From assembly GCA_039028615.1 (NCBI GenBank), contig JBCCHT010000003.1, positions 224,001-288,000 of the forward strand: a DNA stretch of 64,000 bases, written 5' to 3'. A program made the position numbers and the translations under genes. Positions 1 to 8,769 of this stretch are shown piece after piece; within the stretch, counting starts at the first letter, position 1, and each line of letters starts with the position of its first letter. This stretch comes from Myxococcota bacterium (GTDB lineage Bacteria > Myxococcota_A > Polyangia > Nannocystales > Nannocystaceae). A model generated the notes under the pieces. The model worked only from the letters and a program-made list of their open reading frames with translations. It was not told the DNA's origin and made no database searches.

Positions 1-512
1 CGCTGCTGGAGCTGATGCCCACGTTCGAGGGATGGCATCGGGACGTCGTGCGGCCGCAGCTCTCGGCGGCGATGCAGAGCACGGCGCCGTGGCTCGAGCA
101 GGCGGTCCAGCTCATGCCTTCGCTCGCGCAGCGAACCATCGAGCAGACCTCGGCCCTCGGTCGGCACGGTCGTGGCCTGCCTTCGCGCATCCTCATCGGG
201 GCGGCGCTGCCCTTCAACGGCCTCGAGCCCCAGGTGCCCGCGATCTTGGCCCTGCACGAGGAGTCGGTGCACCGCGCGGGCTCGGGCGACTACCACGAGG
301 TCGAGTGGCGAGCGCTGGTCGGACTGACGCATCGCATGCAGGGCGCCGAGCCGTCGCTGCGGGCGGCGCATGCCCAATGGCTGAGCTCGTTGAACCTCGT
401 GTCGGTGCTCGACGCCGCCGTGGCCCGGGACGAGCTCGACGCGGCCGGGCGCCAGCAGCTGCTCGCCGAGCCGCTAGCTCGGGCCCAGCGGTTGCTGACC
501 CTGGGCGGGTGA
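1..512 (+). CDS. Hypothetical protein, 5'-truncated by the window edge
   Basis: Open frame from the window start (ORF track 15..512) with GC3-rich codons; no motif recognised. Confidence 0.6.
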   Translation, partial: LLELMPTFEGWHRDVVRPQLSAAMQSTAPWLEQAVQLMPSLAQRTIEQTSALGRHGRGLPSRILIGAALPFNGLEPQVPAILALHEESVHRAGSGDYHEVEWRALVGLTHRMQGAEPSLRAAHAQWLSSLNLVSVLDAAVARDELDAAGRQQLLAEPLARAQRLLTLGG

Positions 513-1802
513 GGGGCGAGTGTCGCGACCGCGTCGACCACGGCGAGGCTCGGGGCCCAGCGTCGGCAGCATGAAGTTGTGCACCGTGGCGGCATCGATG
601 AGTTCCTGCTTCAACCCGCGCCTCCCCTCGTGCAGCTTGCGTTGACGGAGTCGCTGGGTGATCTGTGTTTCCAAGGCTTCGCGAGGCAGGTCGCCGGCCG
701 GCCAGCGACCGGTGAGCATGATGATGTGGAAGCCGAACTTGGTCTTCACCGGCTTGGAGACCTGGCCGACCTTCATGGAGAAGGCTTTGTCGGAGAACGA
801 CTCCACCATGCGGTTGTGGGTGAAGACGCCGATGTCGCCGCCCTTGCGCGCGCTGGGGCCCTCCGAGTGCTCGCGGGCGAGCTCGGCGAAGTCGGCCTTG
901 GGCTGGATTGCCCGCTTGTAGAGCTTCTGGGCCTTGCGACGCGCCTCCTTGGTCCAGCGGGCGATCTCGGCATCGCTGGGCGGAGGGCCGTTGGTCCCCC
1001 GGCGGCTCTCGGGTCCGATGGGCACGAGGATGTGTGACGCTCGTACTCGAGGCTGGTCCGAGTGCCAGTTGTGTCGGACCCTCTCGTATTCCTCGTCGAT
1101 TTCGGCGTCGGTGACGGTGACGCGGCCCATCTGCTCGAGGAGCGCCACTTCCCGCAGCTCCGCGATGTTGATCGCACGGAGCGACGCTTCGGTTTCCCCG
1201 CGCCGCTCGAGGTGTTTGAGCCAGTCTCGAATGCCGCGCTTTTGCTCTGCCGTGCGTGCCTCGAGAGCGGCCTGGTCGTAGTCGACCCCCGCTTTGGCGA
1301 CGCGTTGGGCCAGGATCTCGTGATAGACGAGCCGCTCGGCGATCGACTTGCGGTAGCGGCGGTCGGCCGACGGTGGAATCGTGCGGCCGCGGTCGGCGTA
1401 CTTCTTGACCTTGAGATCGTAGATGGCCGAAAACTCGGTCATCGGAATCTCGACCGTGTCGACGATGGCCAGCGTCCCCACGGGCATCGGGCCGAGGGGC
1501 GGAGAGGCACGACGGGACGAAGCGCGGGGCAGCTCGGCCGGGGCGGGGCGGGGGTCGAATCGCTCCGGTTCACCGGGCTCGGCAACCGCACCCGGGCTCG
1601 CGGGGGGCTCGGGTGAGGCCGGTGTGGGCTCGGAGTTCGTGACCTCGGGTTCGGGCTCGGGCTCCGCAGTCGCGGGCTCGACCGACGCGGTGGTCTCGGG
1701 CGAGGTGGTCTCCTTCGGCGTGGCGGAGCACGAGATCGTCAGCGACAGCGCGATGATTGCGGGCCCGTGGACGAACGCGAGGCGAGCGGGGAACACAGCC
1801 AT
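474..1802 (-). CDS. Parvulin/PpiC-type peptidyl-prolyl isomerase (PrsA/SurA-like foldase), probable lipoprotein
   Basis: VRASHILV, FAELAREHSEGPSARKGGDIG and VSKPVKTKFGFHII rotamase motifs; N-terminal hydrophobic segment ending in Cys; Pro/Glu linker. Confidence 0.9.
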   Translation of the reverse strand: MAVFPARLAFVHGPAIIALSLTISCSATPKETTSPETTASVEPATAEPEPEPEVTNSEPTPASPEPPASPGAVAEPGEPERFDPRPAPAELPRASSRRASPPLGPMPVGTLAIVDTVEIPMTEFSAIYDLKVKKYADRGRTIPPSADRRYRKSIAERLVYHEILAQRVAKAGVDYDQAALEARTAEQKRGIRDWLKHLERRGETEASLRAINIAELREVALLEQMGRVTVTDAEIDEEYERVRHNWHSDQPRVRASHILVPIGPESRRGTNGPPPSDAEIARWTKEARRKAQKLYKRAIQPKADFAELAREHSEGPSARKGGDIGVFTHNRMVESFSDKAFSMKVGQVSKPVKTKFGFHIIMLTGRWPAGDLPREALETQITQRLRQRKLHEGRRGLKQELIDAATVHNFMLPTLGPEPRRGRRGRDTRPSPAQGQQPLGPS

Positions 1803-1868
1803 GACGATCAATCATCGCCCCTGCCTTCGAATCGAGCAAAGCGGTGATGCGGCCGGAAGGGGTCCCGA

Positions 1869-4100
1869 TCAGTCGAGCACGCGCAGGTGGGTCGCTGGCT
1901 TCGTTGCGGTCGGCGGCGGCTCGACGATGGGCTCGGGCCGGGCGGGTGCCTCGGTGCGGGCCGGCACGTAGCGAACGGCGTGCAGCCAGGTCTGCTCTGG
2001 GCCTTCGGGCGAGAGCACCGTGCGACACATCCGCAGGACGCCCTCGTGGTGAATGGGGGCGACGATGACCGTGCCGGGCTCGAACACCTCCAACCACGCG
2101 GTCGGGAACTGTTCGAGAGCAAAGCCCACCGTGACCTTGCGAAGCCGTCGGGCGCCGGGGGGCCACTGCTCGGGGTCCAGCGCATTGGCGGCCACCGCCT
2201 CGATCCCGCGGGCCTCCATCTCGGGCCGCGTGCGCTCGACGAGCTCGGGGTCGATCTCGATGGAGATGATCGTGCCTTCGTCGCCGACCAGCTCGCGTAG
2301 CAATGCCGCGCCGTAGCCCGTGCCCGAGCCGAGATCGAGCACGCCATCGCCTGGTTGCAGATCGAGCTGGGCATAGGCCAGCGCATAGGCATGCATCGCG
2401 CTGACGGTGGAGGCCCCGGTGTCGTCGAGCCGAATGGCGATGTCGCGGGTGCTGTCGTCGAGTGCCTCGACGGGCACGAATCGCTCCCGCGGCACCTTCA
2501 CGATCGCATCCAAGATCGCGTGGTCGGGGGGAAGCTGGGCGACCTTGGCAATCGCCTTGCGACGGGCCGCGCGTCGACGCTGGGCGACCTCGGCCAATGC
2601 GACGTGCTCCCGCCGTTGTCGCTGAGCGTCGCGCCGCCGACCGAGATAGCCGTGCCACGCGTAGTAGCGCTCGAACGAGTGCATGCGCGACGCGGGCCCC
2701 GAGTACGCGAGCTGGTCTCGAATTGCCCGCATGAAGTAGTCGCGCGCCGAGCCCTGGTAGACGAAGTGGGACTCCATCTCGGCCAAGATCGGCGTGAACA
2801 GCTCGTGCTGAAGCGACTCGCGCTGGGCCCAGGTGAGCTCGGAGCTGGGGTCGACCCACTCGGCGAGGAACTCGGGATCGCCATCGTCCCACCAGTGGGG
2901 GCGATGAAAGCGGGTGCCGTAGCGTTGCTCGTAGGTGGTGCGCTCGGCATCGATGGGCGAGCCGGGGTAGAGCCGGAACGGATCGATCGACAAAAAGCCC
3001 GTGGTGCCCTGCGGCTGCAGGAACAGCTGGCGCAGGTAGTCGGCGCTGCGCCGCATGGAATCCGGGGTCTCGCCCGGGTGTCCGCAGATCACGTTGGCGC
3101 CCCACGGCACCTGATGACCACGCGCCTGCTCGGCGATGTCGAGCATCCGCTCGAGGTAGCTATCGAGGCGTCCCGACTTGCGGATGATCGACAAAAGCCC
3201 CGGGTCGCCGGACTCGAGCCCGAAGCCCAGGCCACAGTTGGCGGCGGAGAACAGCCGCAGGTCCTCGTCTTCGACCAGATCGACCCGGATCAGCAGCCAG
3301 TACTTCTCCACCGGGTAGCCGCGCTGGGCCAGGCCCTCGAGGAACTGCCGACGCCAGCGCTTCTTCATGCCGAACAGCGCGTCGCCGAAGTACAGGGTCC
3401 AGCTGCGCAGGTCGATGAAGCGGTGCAGGCTGTCGATTTCCTCGAGCGCGCGGTCGACCGAGAGGCTGCGCCACGAGACCTCTCGCTTCGCTCGCTCCAT
3501 GCAGAACGCACAGTCGAAGGGGCAGCCGCGCGACAGGTAGACTTGGGCCTGCGAAGCGTAGCTACGGGCCACGTCGCGGTAGCGGGCGAGCAGAGACCAG
3601 TCGGAGGGCGGGAGCTCGTCGAGGTCGTCGATGGCCTCGGGGCCGAGCATGACGCCGCGCAGGGGCTCGCCCCCGGCCACCGACTCCACGATGCGGGCCA
3701 GCGGTTTCTCGCCTTCGCCGACCACCACCACATCGAAGGGCGAGGCCTCGTCGATATAGCCCAGCGGCCGTGCGCTCGGGTGATAGCCCCCGGCCACGAT
3801 GACGGTGTCGGGCCAGCGGGTACGGGCAAGCTGAGCGATGGCCTCGCAGGGGAGGTGGTCGAAGCTCGAGTAGATGCTGATGGCGATGACGTCGTAGCCG
3901 TGACCCTCGTCGCCGTCGATGATGGTGTCGAGCGAGGTCCCCAGGCGCCGCTCCATGGCGAGGTCGCGGATCTCGACCTCCACGTTGCCCTGCGTGCGCA
4001 GGTAGGTGCCCAGCAGCACCAGCTGAGGGACGCCGAAGTTGCCCGCCGCAGCGCCCTCGCTGCCGGGCCACAGCAGCAGCACGCGGACCGGTCGGCTCAT
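1869..4100 (-). CDS. B12-binding radical SAM enzyme fused to a C-terminal protein-L-isoaspartate O-methyltransferase (PCMT)-like domain
   Basis: IVAGGYHPS and VVVGEGE (cobalamin-binding domain); SRGCPFDCAFC (CxxxCxxC); C-terminal VPRERFVP...TVSAMHAYA...VLDLGSGTGYGAALL...IEIDPEL. ATG at 4100 overlaps the upstream TGA (ATGA). Confidence 0.88.
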   Translation of the reverse strand: MSRPVRVLLLWPGSEGAAAGNFGVPQLVLLGTYLRTQGNVEVEIRDLAMERRLGTSLDTIIDGDEGHGYDVIAISIYSSFDHLPCEAIAQLARTRWPDTVIVAGGYHPSARPLGYIDEASPFDVVVVGEGEKPLARIVESVAGGEPLRGVMLGPEAIDDLDELPPSDWSLLARYRDVARSYASQAQVYLSRGCPFDCAFCMERAKREVSWRSLSVDRALEEIDSLHRFIDLRSWTLYFGDALFGMKKRWRRQFLEGLAQRGYPVEKYWLLIRVDLVEDEDLRLFSAANCGLGFGLESGDPGLLSIIRKSGRLDSYLERMLDIAEQARGHQVPWGANVICGHPGETPDSMRRSADYLRQLFLQPQGTTGFLSIDPFRLYPGSPIDAERTTYEQRYGTRFHRPHWWDDGDPEFLAEWVDPSSELTWAQRESLQHELFTPILAEMESHFVYQGSARDYFMRAIRDQLAYSGPASRMHSFERYYAWHGYLGRRRDAQRQRREHVALAEVAQRRRAARRKAIAKVAQLPPDHAILDAIVKVPRERFVPVEALDDSTRDIAIRLDDTGASTVSAMHAYALAYAQLDLQPGDGVLDLGSGTGYGAALLRELVGDEGTIISIEIDPELVERTRPEMEARGIEAVAANALDPEQWPPGARRLRKVTVGFALEQFPTAWLEVFEPGTVIVAPIHHEGVLRMCRTVLSPEGPEQTWLHAVRYVPARTEAPARPEPIVEPPPTATKPATHLRVLD

Positions 4101-5173
4101 GTCACCACCGGCAACGACGCCGAGCCGCGCCGGGACTGCCGGAGGCGATCGGCAAAGGCATCGTCGACGTGCTGCGCGACGAAGGGGTCGAGGCCCCGCG
4201 GGTTGCCCAGCACCGAGGCTGCGGCCGCTCCACACCCGCCGAGGCAGTTGCTGCGGTGCGGGCAGGGGGCGCAGAACTCCGGGGTCACGTCGCGGTAGCC
4301 GGTCAGCGCCGGGGCCTCGAGCATCTCGTCGAAGGACTGGGTCCGCACGTCGCCCAGCGACTCGGTGTGCAGCGTGCAGGAGCGCAGCTCCCCGGAGGGC
4401 CCGAGGGCGAGCTCTTGCGCTTCGGTGCCGATGGGGCAGCCGCCGAAGGTGACGTGCGGGTAGTCGGCGTGATCGATGACGCAGGGCGGCACGGGCATGG
4501 TGACCTGCAGGTCGAGCCCGTGCTGCTCACCCCGGGGCTCGGCGTGCTGCAGCGCGGTGATCATGTCGCCCCGCGAGGGCAGCAGGTTCGCCACGTGGGC
4601 GGCGGCGTAGCCTGCGGGAGAAAAGCGCGACAGGGCGATGAGCTGGACGTCGAGTTCGACGAACAGATCGAGGATGTCTCCGACCCGGTCCGCGTTGCGG
4701 CGGGTGACGACGATGCAGCCGGCCACGCGCACGCCGTGACGACGCAGGGCCTTGATGCCTTCGATGGTCTTGTCGAAGTGCTCGCCGCCGACGTGCTCGT
4801 CGTGCATCTGCGCCTCGGCCCCGTTGAGCGTGACCTGGATGCAGCGGATCGGGTACGCGGACAGGCGCTGGGCCAGCGCGTCGTCGACCAGGCCGCCGTT
4901 GGAGATGATCTGCACGTCGACCCCGTGGTCGCGGCACAGGTCGAGCACGTCGAACACATCGTGGCGGGCGAAGGTCTCGCCGCCCGTGAGCGTCACGTGG
5001 TCGAGCTCCAGCTCGGTGAGCGCCCGCGTGACCGCGGCCATGAGGTCTTCGTGGGACAGTGCCCCGATCGAGCGGCCGTTGTCCTCCCGCCAGGCGTTGT
5101 AACAGTAGCTACAGCGCTGATTGCAGTGGCTGGTCAGCTCGATCGCGATCGAGTGGACGGCGCGACGCTTCAC
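4097..5173 (-). CDS. Radical SAM protein with SPASM domain
   Basis: ELTSHCNQRCSYC, LTGGE, and C-terminal GCPIG...SC...CAPCPHRSNCLGGC SPASM-type cysteines. Confidence 0.9.
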   Translation of the reverse strand: MKRRAVHSIAIELTSHCNQRCSYCYNAWREDNGRSIGALSHEDLMAAVTRALTELELDHVTLTGGETFARHDVFDVLDLCRDHGVDVQIISNGGLVDDALAQRLSAYPIRCIQVTLNGAEAQMHDEHVGGEHFDKTIEGIKALRRHGVRVAGCIVVTRRNADRVGDILDLFVELDVQLIALSRFSPAGYAAAHVANLLPSRGDMITALQHAEPRGEQHGLDLQVTMPVPPCVIDHADYPHVTFGGCPIGTEAQELALGPSGELRSCTLHTESLGDVRTQSFDEMLEAPALTGYRDVTPEFCAPCPHRSNCLGGCGAAAASVLGNPRGLDPFVAQHVDDAFADRLRQSRRGSASLPVVT

Positions 5174-5179
5174 CGAGCG

Positions 5180-5190
5180 AGTATATAATA
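5180..5190. promoter_or_regulatory. Overlapping divergent -10 elements in a 28-bp spacer (probable leaderless transcript on the minus strand)
   Basis: AT island gtatataata: TATAAT on + (5184-5189); TATACT on - (5185-5180), 6 nt before the GTG at 5173. Confidence 0.6.
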
Positions 5191-5201
5191 CAAAGGCCCC
5201 C

Positions 5202-6557
5202 GTGGACTGGAGCTGCCTCGGACACGCGATGTGGTTGGTCGAAGCGGCCGGCCTGCGATTGCTCTGCGACCCGCTATTGGGCCCTGAGCACCACTGTGGC
5301 GTGTTCGAAACGGTGCCGCGCCGTACGATCGTGGCGGAGCAATTGCGGCCGGATTTCGTCCTGGTCTCGCATCAACACCCGGACCATTTCGACGTCCCCA
5401 GCCTCCATCGCCTCGCGCAGCTCGATCCCGACTCGGTGGTCCTGACGCCCGATTCGCTGGTGGCCTGGGCGGCGCGGACCCTGGGGTTTCGCACCGTGCA
5501 CCAGCTGCCGCCGGCCCAGCGGGTCGAGCTCGACGGGGTCGCCCTGGTCACCACGCCATCGCTCGGGGCCGACGAGTGGGGCGTGCTCGTGGCGGCCGAT
5601 GGCGCGGTGGGGTGGAACCAAGTCGATGCGGTGCTGCGCGACCCGGAGCACGTACGCGAGGTGTTGGCCACGGCCTTGCCCGCGCTCGAGACCCGGCGCG
5701 TGGATCTGGGGATCGTGCGCTGGCAGCCGATGCTGGAGATCGCCGCGGTGCTCGGTCGTCGTACCGGCTTTCCGTACACCACCTATACCGACCTGTTGGC
5801 GCAGGCGGCTGCCCTCGAGGCGGCGGCCATCGTGCCGGGGGCGAACGGGGCCGCCCACGTGGAGGCGTTTCGGTGGATGGACGAGTTCGTCTTTCCCGTG
5901 TCGGAGGCTCGCTTCCTCCGCGACGTGGGCAAAGTGAGCCCGAAGACCAACCCGCTGCCCCTGCACGTGGGTGGTCGCTATCACGTGGAAGCGGGCGCGG
6001 TGACCCTCGATAGGCAGGGCGCGGCTGCGTTGGTGCGGTGCGAGTCGCCGTGGACCGAGCCACGACGCTACCGTCCCTCGTCCATTCCGTCGCTGGTCGA
6101 TCCCAACCCCAACGGGCACGATGAAGCCCAGGCACGCCAGCGCGTGCACGCATGGATTCGGGGTGAGCTCGTCGACGCCTTGGCTCGAGCCTGGCCCAGC
6201 TTTCACGCTACCGCGCCGCTTCGCTTTGCGCTCGAGGTCGTGTTCCCGCGGGCTCATGACGCCTTCACCATCGTGGTGGACGGGCAGGGAGCCCGGGTCG
6301 TCGATGACGTCGACGACGACTGGGACGTGCTCAATGCGGTGGCCGGCTCGTTGCTCTGCGAGGTGATCGAAGGACGTAGACACTGGGGCGATGTCTTGCT
6401 CGCGGGGTGCCTACGGGCGACCACGCGGGCCTACGACGTCGACGAGCGAGGCCTCCGACGCTTGGATGTCGGCGAAATCTTCCTGTACTACGCGCTGCCC
6501 TACCCGGACGCGGTGGAGCGAGCCGTACGCTGGGAAGTGCAGTCCCTCGTCGGCTGA
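5202..6557 (+). CDS. MBL-fold metallo-hydrolase (UlaG/CMP-Neu5Ac-hydroxylase-like) with C-terminal extension
   Basis: LGHAMWLVE...LLCDPLL...SHQHPDHFD (HxHxDH); GTG start at 5202. Confidence 0.82.
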   Translation: MDWSCLGHAMWLVEAAGLRLLCDPLLGPEHHCGVFETVPRRTIVAEQLRPDFVLVSHQHPDHFDVPSLHRLAQLDPDSVVLTPDSLVAWAARTLGFRTVHQLPPAQRVELDGVALVTTPSLGADEWGVLVAADGAVGWNQVDAVLRDPEHVREVLATALPALETRRVDLGIVRWQPMLEIAAVLGRRTGFPYTTYTDLLAQAAALEAAAIVPGANGAAHVEAFRWMDEFVFPVSEARFLRDVGKVSPKTNPLPLHVGGRYHVEAGAVTLDRQGAAALVRCESPWTEPRRYRPSSIPSLVDPNPNGHDEAQARQRVHAWIRGELVDALARAWPSFHATAPLRFALEVVFPRAHDAFTIVVDGQGARVVDDVDDDWDVLNAVAGSLLCEVIEGRRHWGDVLLAGCLRATTRAYDVDERGLRRLDVGEIFLYYALPYPDAVERAVRWEVQSLVG

Positions 6558-6565
6558 AGACCGCG

Positions 6566-6601
6566 AAAAAAAAGCAGCCGACACCTGGCGGTGTCGACTG
6601 C
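6566..6601 (-). terminator. Rho-independent terminator, minus strand
   Basis: Minus strand GCAGTCGACACC-GCCA-GGTGTCGGCTGC followed by T8; the one non-Watson-Crick position is a G-U pair only on the minus strand. Confidence 0.8.
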
Positions 6602-7176
6602 TGGGGGGGCAAGGCGAGAACTCATCCCGCCACGATGGCATTGGTTCGGACCCGATCGTCTCGGACTTCGGTCCTCGTCAGGGAGCAAGACGACTCGCGC
6701 TCATGTTCGAGCTCGTGCGAGACCTTCCCCCTCCCCGGACGGGATCAGCCGACTTTCAATCGGTCGTCGGATAGTGACGATGATCGATACAAGCTCGCGA
6801 AGTCCACACAGTTGAGTGGCACGAACTTGTAATGACTATCAATCAATATCCGGACGACGCGGGACTATCGGTCCGCGTTCCGATGATGGCTGCGGTCGCC
6901 CCGCTCTACCATCGTTGATCGGCCGTATCGGCGTGGCCTTTTCGTGCCCTCGGGCAGTTTGCCCAAGCATACGCTCGAGCATTCGACGATTTCCCATGTT
7001 CGACCCCCTCTGCCAGCGACCGATAACTCTCTCCCTTCGTCGCGACCCCCAAGTCCCCCGACTGGGGCCGGACGTCGGTCCCGGCACCGCTCAACTTACA
7101 GCGGTTTCCCCTACCGGGCCATCTCGGAATCTGTGGGGGGATCTATGAAAACACGGTTGTAGCTGCACTCATGTCT

Positions 7177-8532
7177 TCATTCGGGATCAGCCCCGCGATG
7201 TCGACGGAGTTGTTTGGTGATCGACATCGCCATTTCCAGCGCTTGTCGATAGTTGAGTCGAGGGTCGACCTTGCTTCGATAGTCGAGGTGCAACTCTTGT
7301 TCGGTGACCCCGGCTGCGCCACCGATGCACTCCGTAACGTTTTCGCCCGTGAGCTCGAAGTGCACGCCACCGAGTCGTGAACCGAGTTTTGCGTGCACCT
7401 CGAACGCGGCCTGCAACTCTTTGAGGATGCGATCGAAGCGTCGGGTCTTGACCCCCGATGCGGTCGTCTCGGTGTTGCCGTGCATGGGGTCGGCGCACCA
7501 CAAATGCGTGCGACCGGTGGCTCGAACCACCTCGATGAGACGCGGCAATTCGGCCTCGACTCGATCTGCGCCGAGCCGGTGAATCAGCGTCAAACGGCCC
7601 GGTTCATTGTTCGGGTCGAGTCTCTCGAGCAACTGCACGAGCTGCTCGTCGCTCATCGTGGGGCCGACCTTGAGCCCGATGGGGTTACGGATTCCCCGAC
7701 AAAACTCCACGTGCGCGCCATCGGGCTGCGCCGTGCGCATGCCGATCCACGGCATGTGGGTCGACAGATCGTACCAACCGTCGCGGCGCGGAACCTGCCG
7801 GGTCTGCGCCTGCTCGTACTCCAAGCTGAGCGCCTCGTGGCTGGTGTAGATGTTGACGCTCTGGAGCCGCAGGCTCTGCGTGTTGGTCACCGCCTCCATG
7901 AAGCCGATGGAGTCCTTGATGGACTCGGAGATCCGCCGATACTCCTCGTGGTGTTCGTTGCCTTTTGCGAACGAGACGTCCCAGTTTTCTGGATGACGAA
8001 GGTCGGCGAAGCCCCCGTCGGCGAGTGCGCGGACGAAGTTGAGGGTGAGAGCCGCGCGCTCGTAGCCGCGTAGCAGCAGCACGGGGTCCGGCCTTCGGTC
8101 GGACTCGGTGAAGGGCGAGCGGTTGACCAGGTCGCCGCGATACGACGGCAGCACGACGCCGTCGCGCTCCTCGGTGGCGGACGAGCGCGGCTTGGCGTAC
8201 TGCCCCGCGAGTCGACCCACGCGAACCACGGGCCGGCGCGTCGCGTGAACCAAGAGCAGACTCATCTGCAGGAGGATCTTGAAGTTGGTGGCGATGGAGT
8301 TGGAGCCGCAGTCGTCGAACGACTCGGCACAGTCGCCACCTTGCAACAAGAACGCATCACCGCGAGCGGCCGCGGCCAAGCGATCCTTGAGCGCCTCGAC
8401 TTCCCACGACGTCACCAGCGGGGGCAGTCGCGCGATCTGACCTTGAACCTCGGCGAGGACCTCGGGCTCGGGATACGAGACCTGCTGGCTGGCGTCCTTC
8501 GTCTTCCAGGAATTCGGCGTCCAGGGCTGCAT
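7177..8532 (-). CDS. 3-deoxy-7-phosphoheptulonate (DAHP) synthase, class II
   Basis: FLLQGGDCAESF, GRLAGQYAKPRS, YTSHEAL, DPMHGNT, GGVHFELTGENVTECIGG, DPRLN motifs. Confidence 0.96.
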   Translation of the reverse strand: MQPWTPNSWKTKDASQQVSYPEPEVLAEVQGQIARLPPLVTSWEVEALKDRLAAAARGDAFLLQGGDCAESFDDCGSNSIATNFKILLQMSLLLVHATRRPVVRVGRLAGQYAKPRSSATEERDGVVLPSYRGDLVNRSPFTESDRRPDPVLLLRGYERAALTLNFVRALADGGFADLRHPENWDVSFAKGNEHHEEYRRISESIKDSIGFMEAVTNTQSLRLQSVNIYTSHEALSLEYEQAQTRQVPRRDGWYDLSTHMPWIGMRTAQPDGAHVEFCRGIRNPIGLKVGPTMSDEQLVQLLERLDPNNEPGRLTLIHRLGADRVEAELPRLIEVVRATGRTHLWCADPMHGNTETTASGVKTRRFDRILKELQAAFEVHAKLGSRLGGVHFELTGENVTECIGGAAGVTEQELHLDYRSKVDPRLNYRQALEMAMSITKQLRRHRGADPE

Positions 8533-8769
8533 GGCTGCCGGGGACCATAGCAGCCCTGCGCTCGCGCGGGACGGATGATCGAGCTTTCGGGTCGTTGCAT
8601 CGACGTGCATCGCCCTTCACGGAACCGGAGCGGATCGCAGGCTTCCGCGAGGTCCACCCCCGTTAATCGCGAGAATCTCCGGAAATATGCACGGCATGTT
8701 CATACCGACGATTGTCTCGGTGTTCGGGTCTTTATTGCACCGAGCCGGCGTCGGTCCGGCATCGCGGCT

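Noticed and set aside
6644..6681. Hammerhead-ribozyme-like core on the minus strand (CTGACGA-GGACC...GGTCC-GAAC)
   Set aside because: GAAC instead of GAAA, and I could not build stems I and III with an NUH cleavage site.
6817..6830. TGGCACGAACTTGT as a sigma54 promoter
   Set aside because: Spacing is one base short and the -12 GC is absent.
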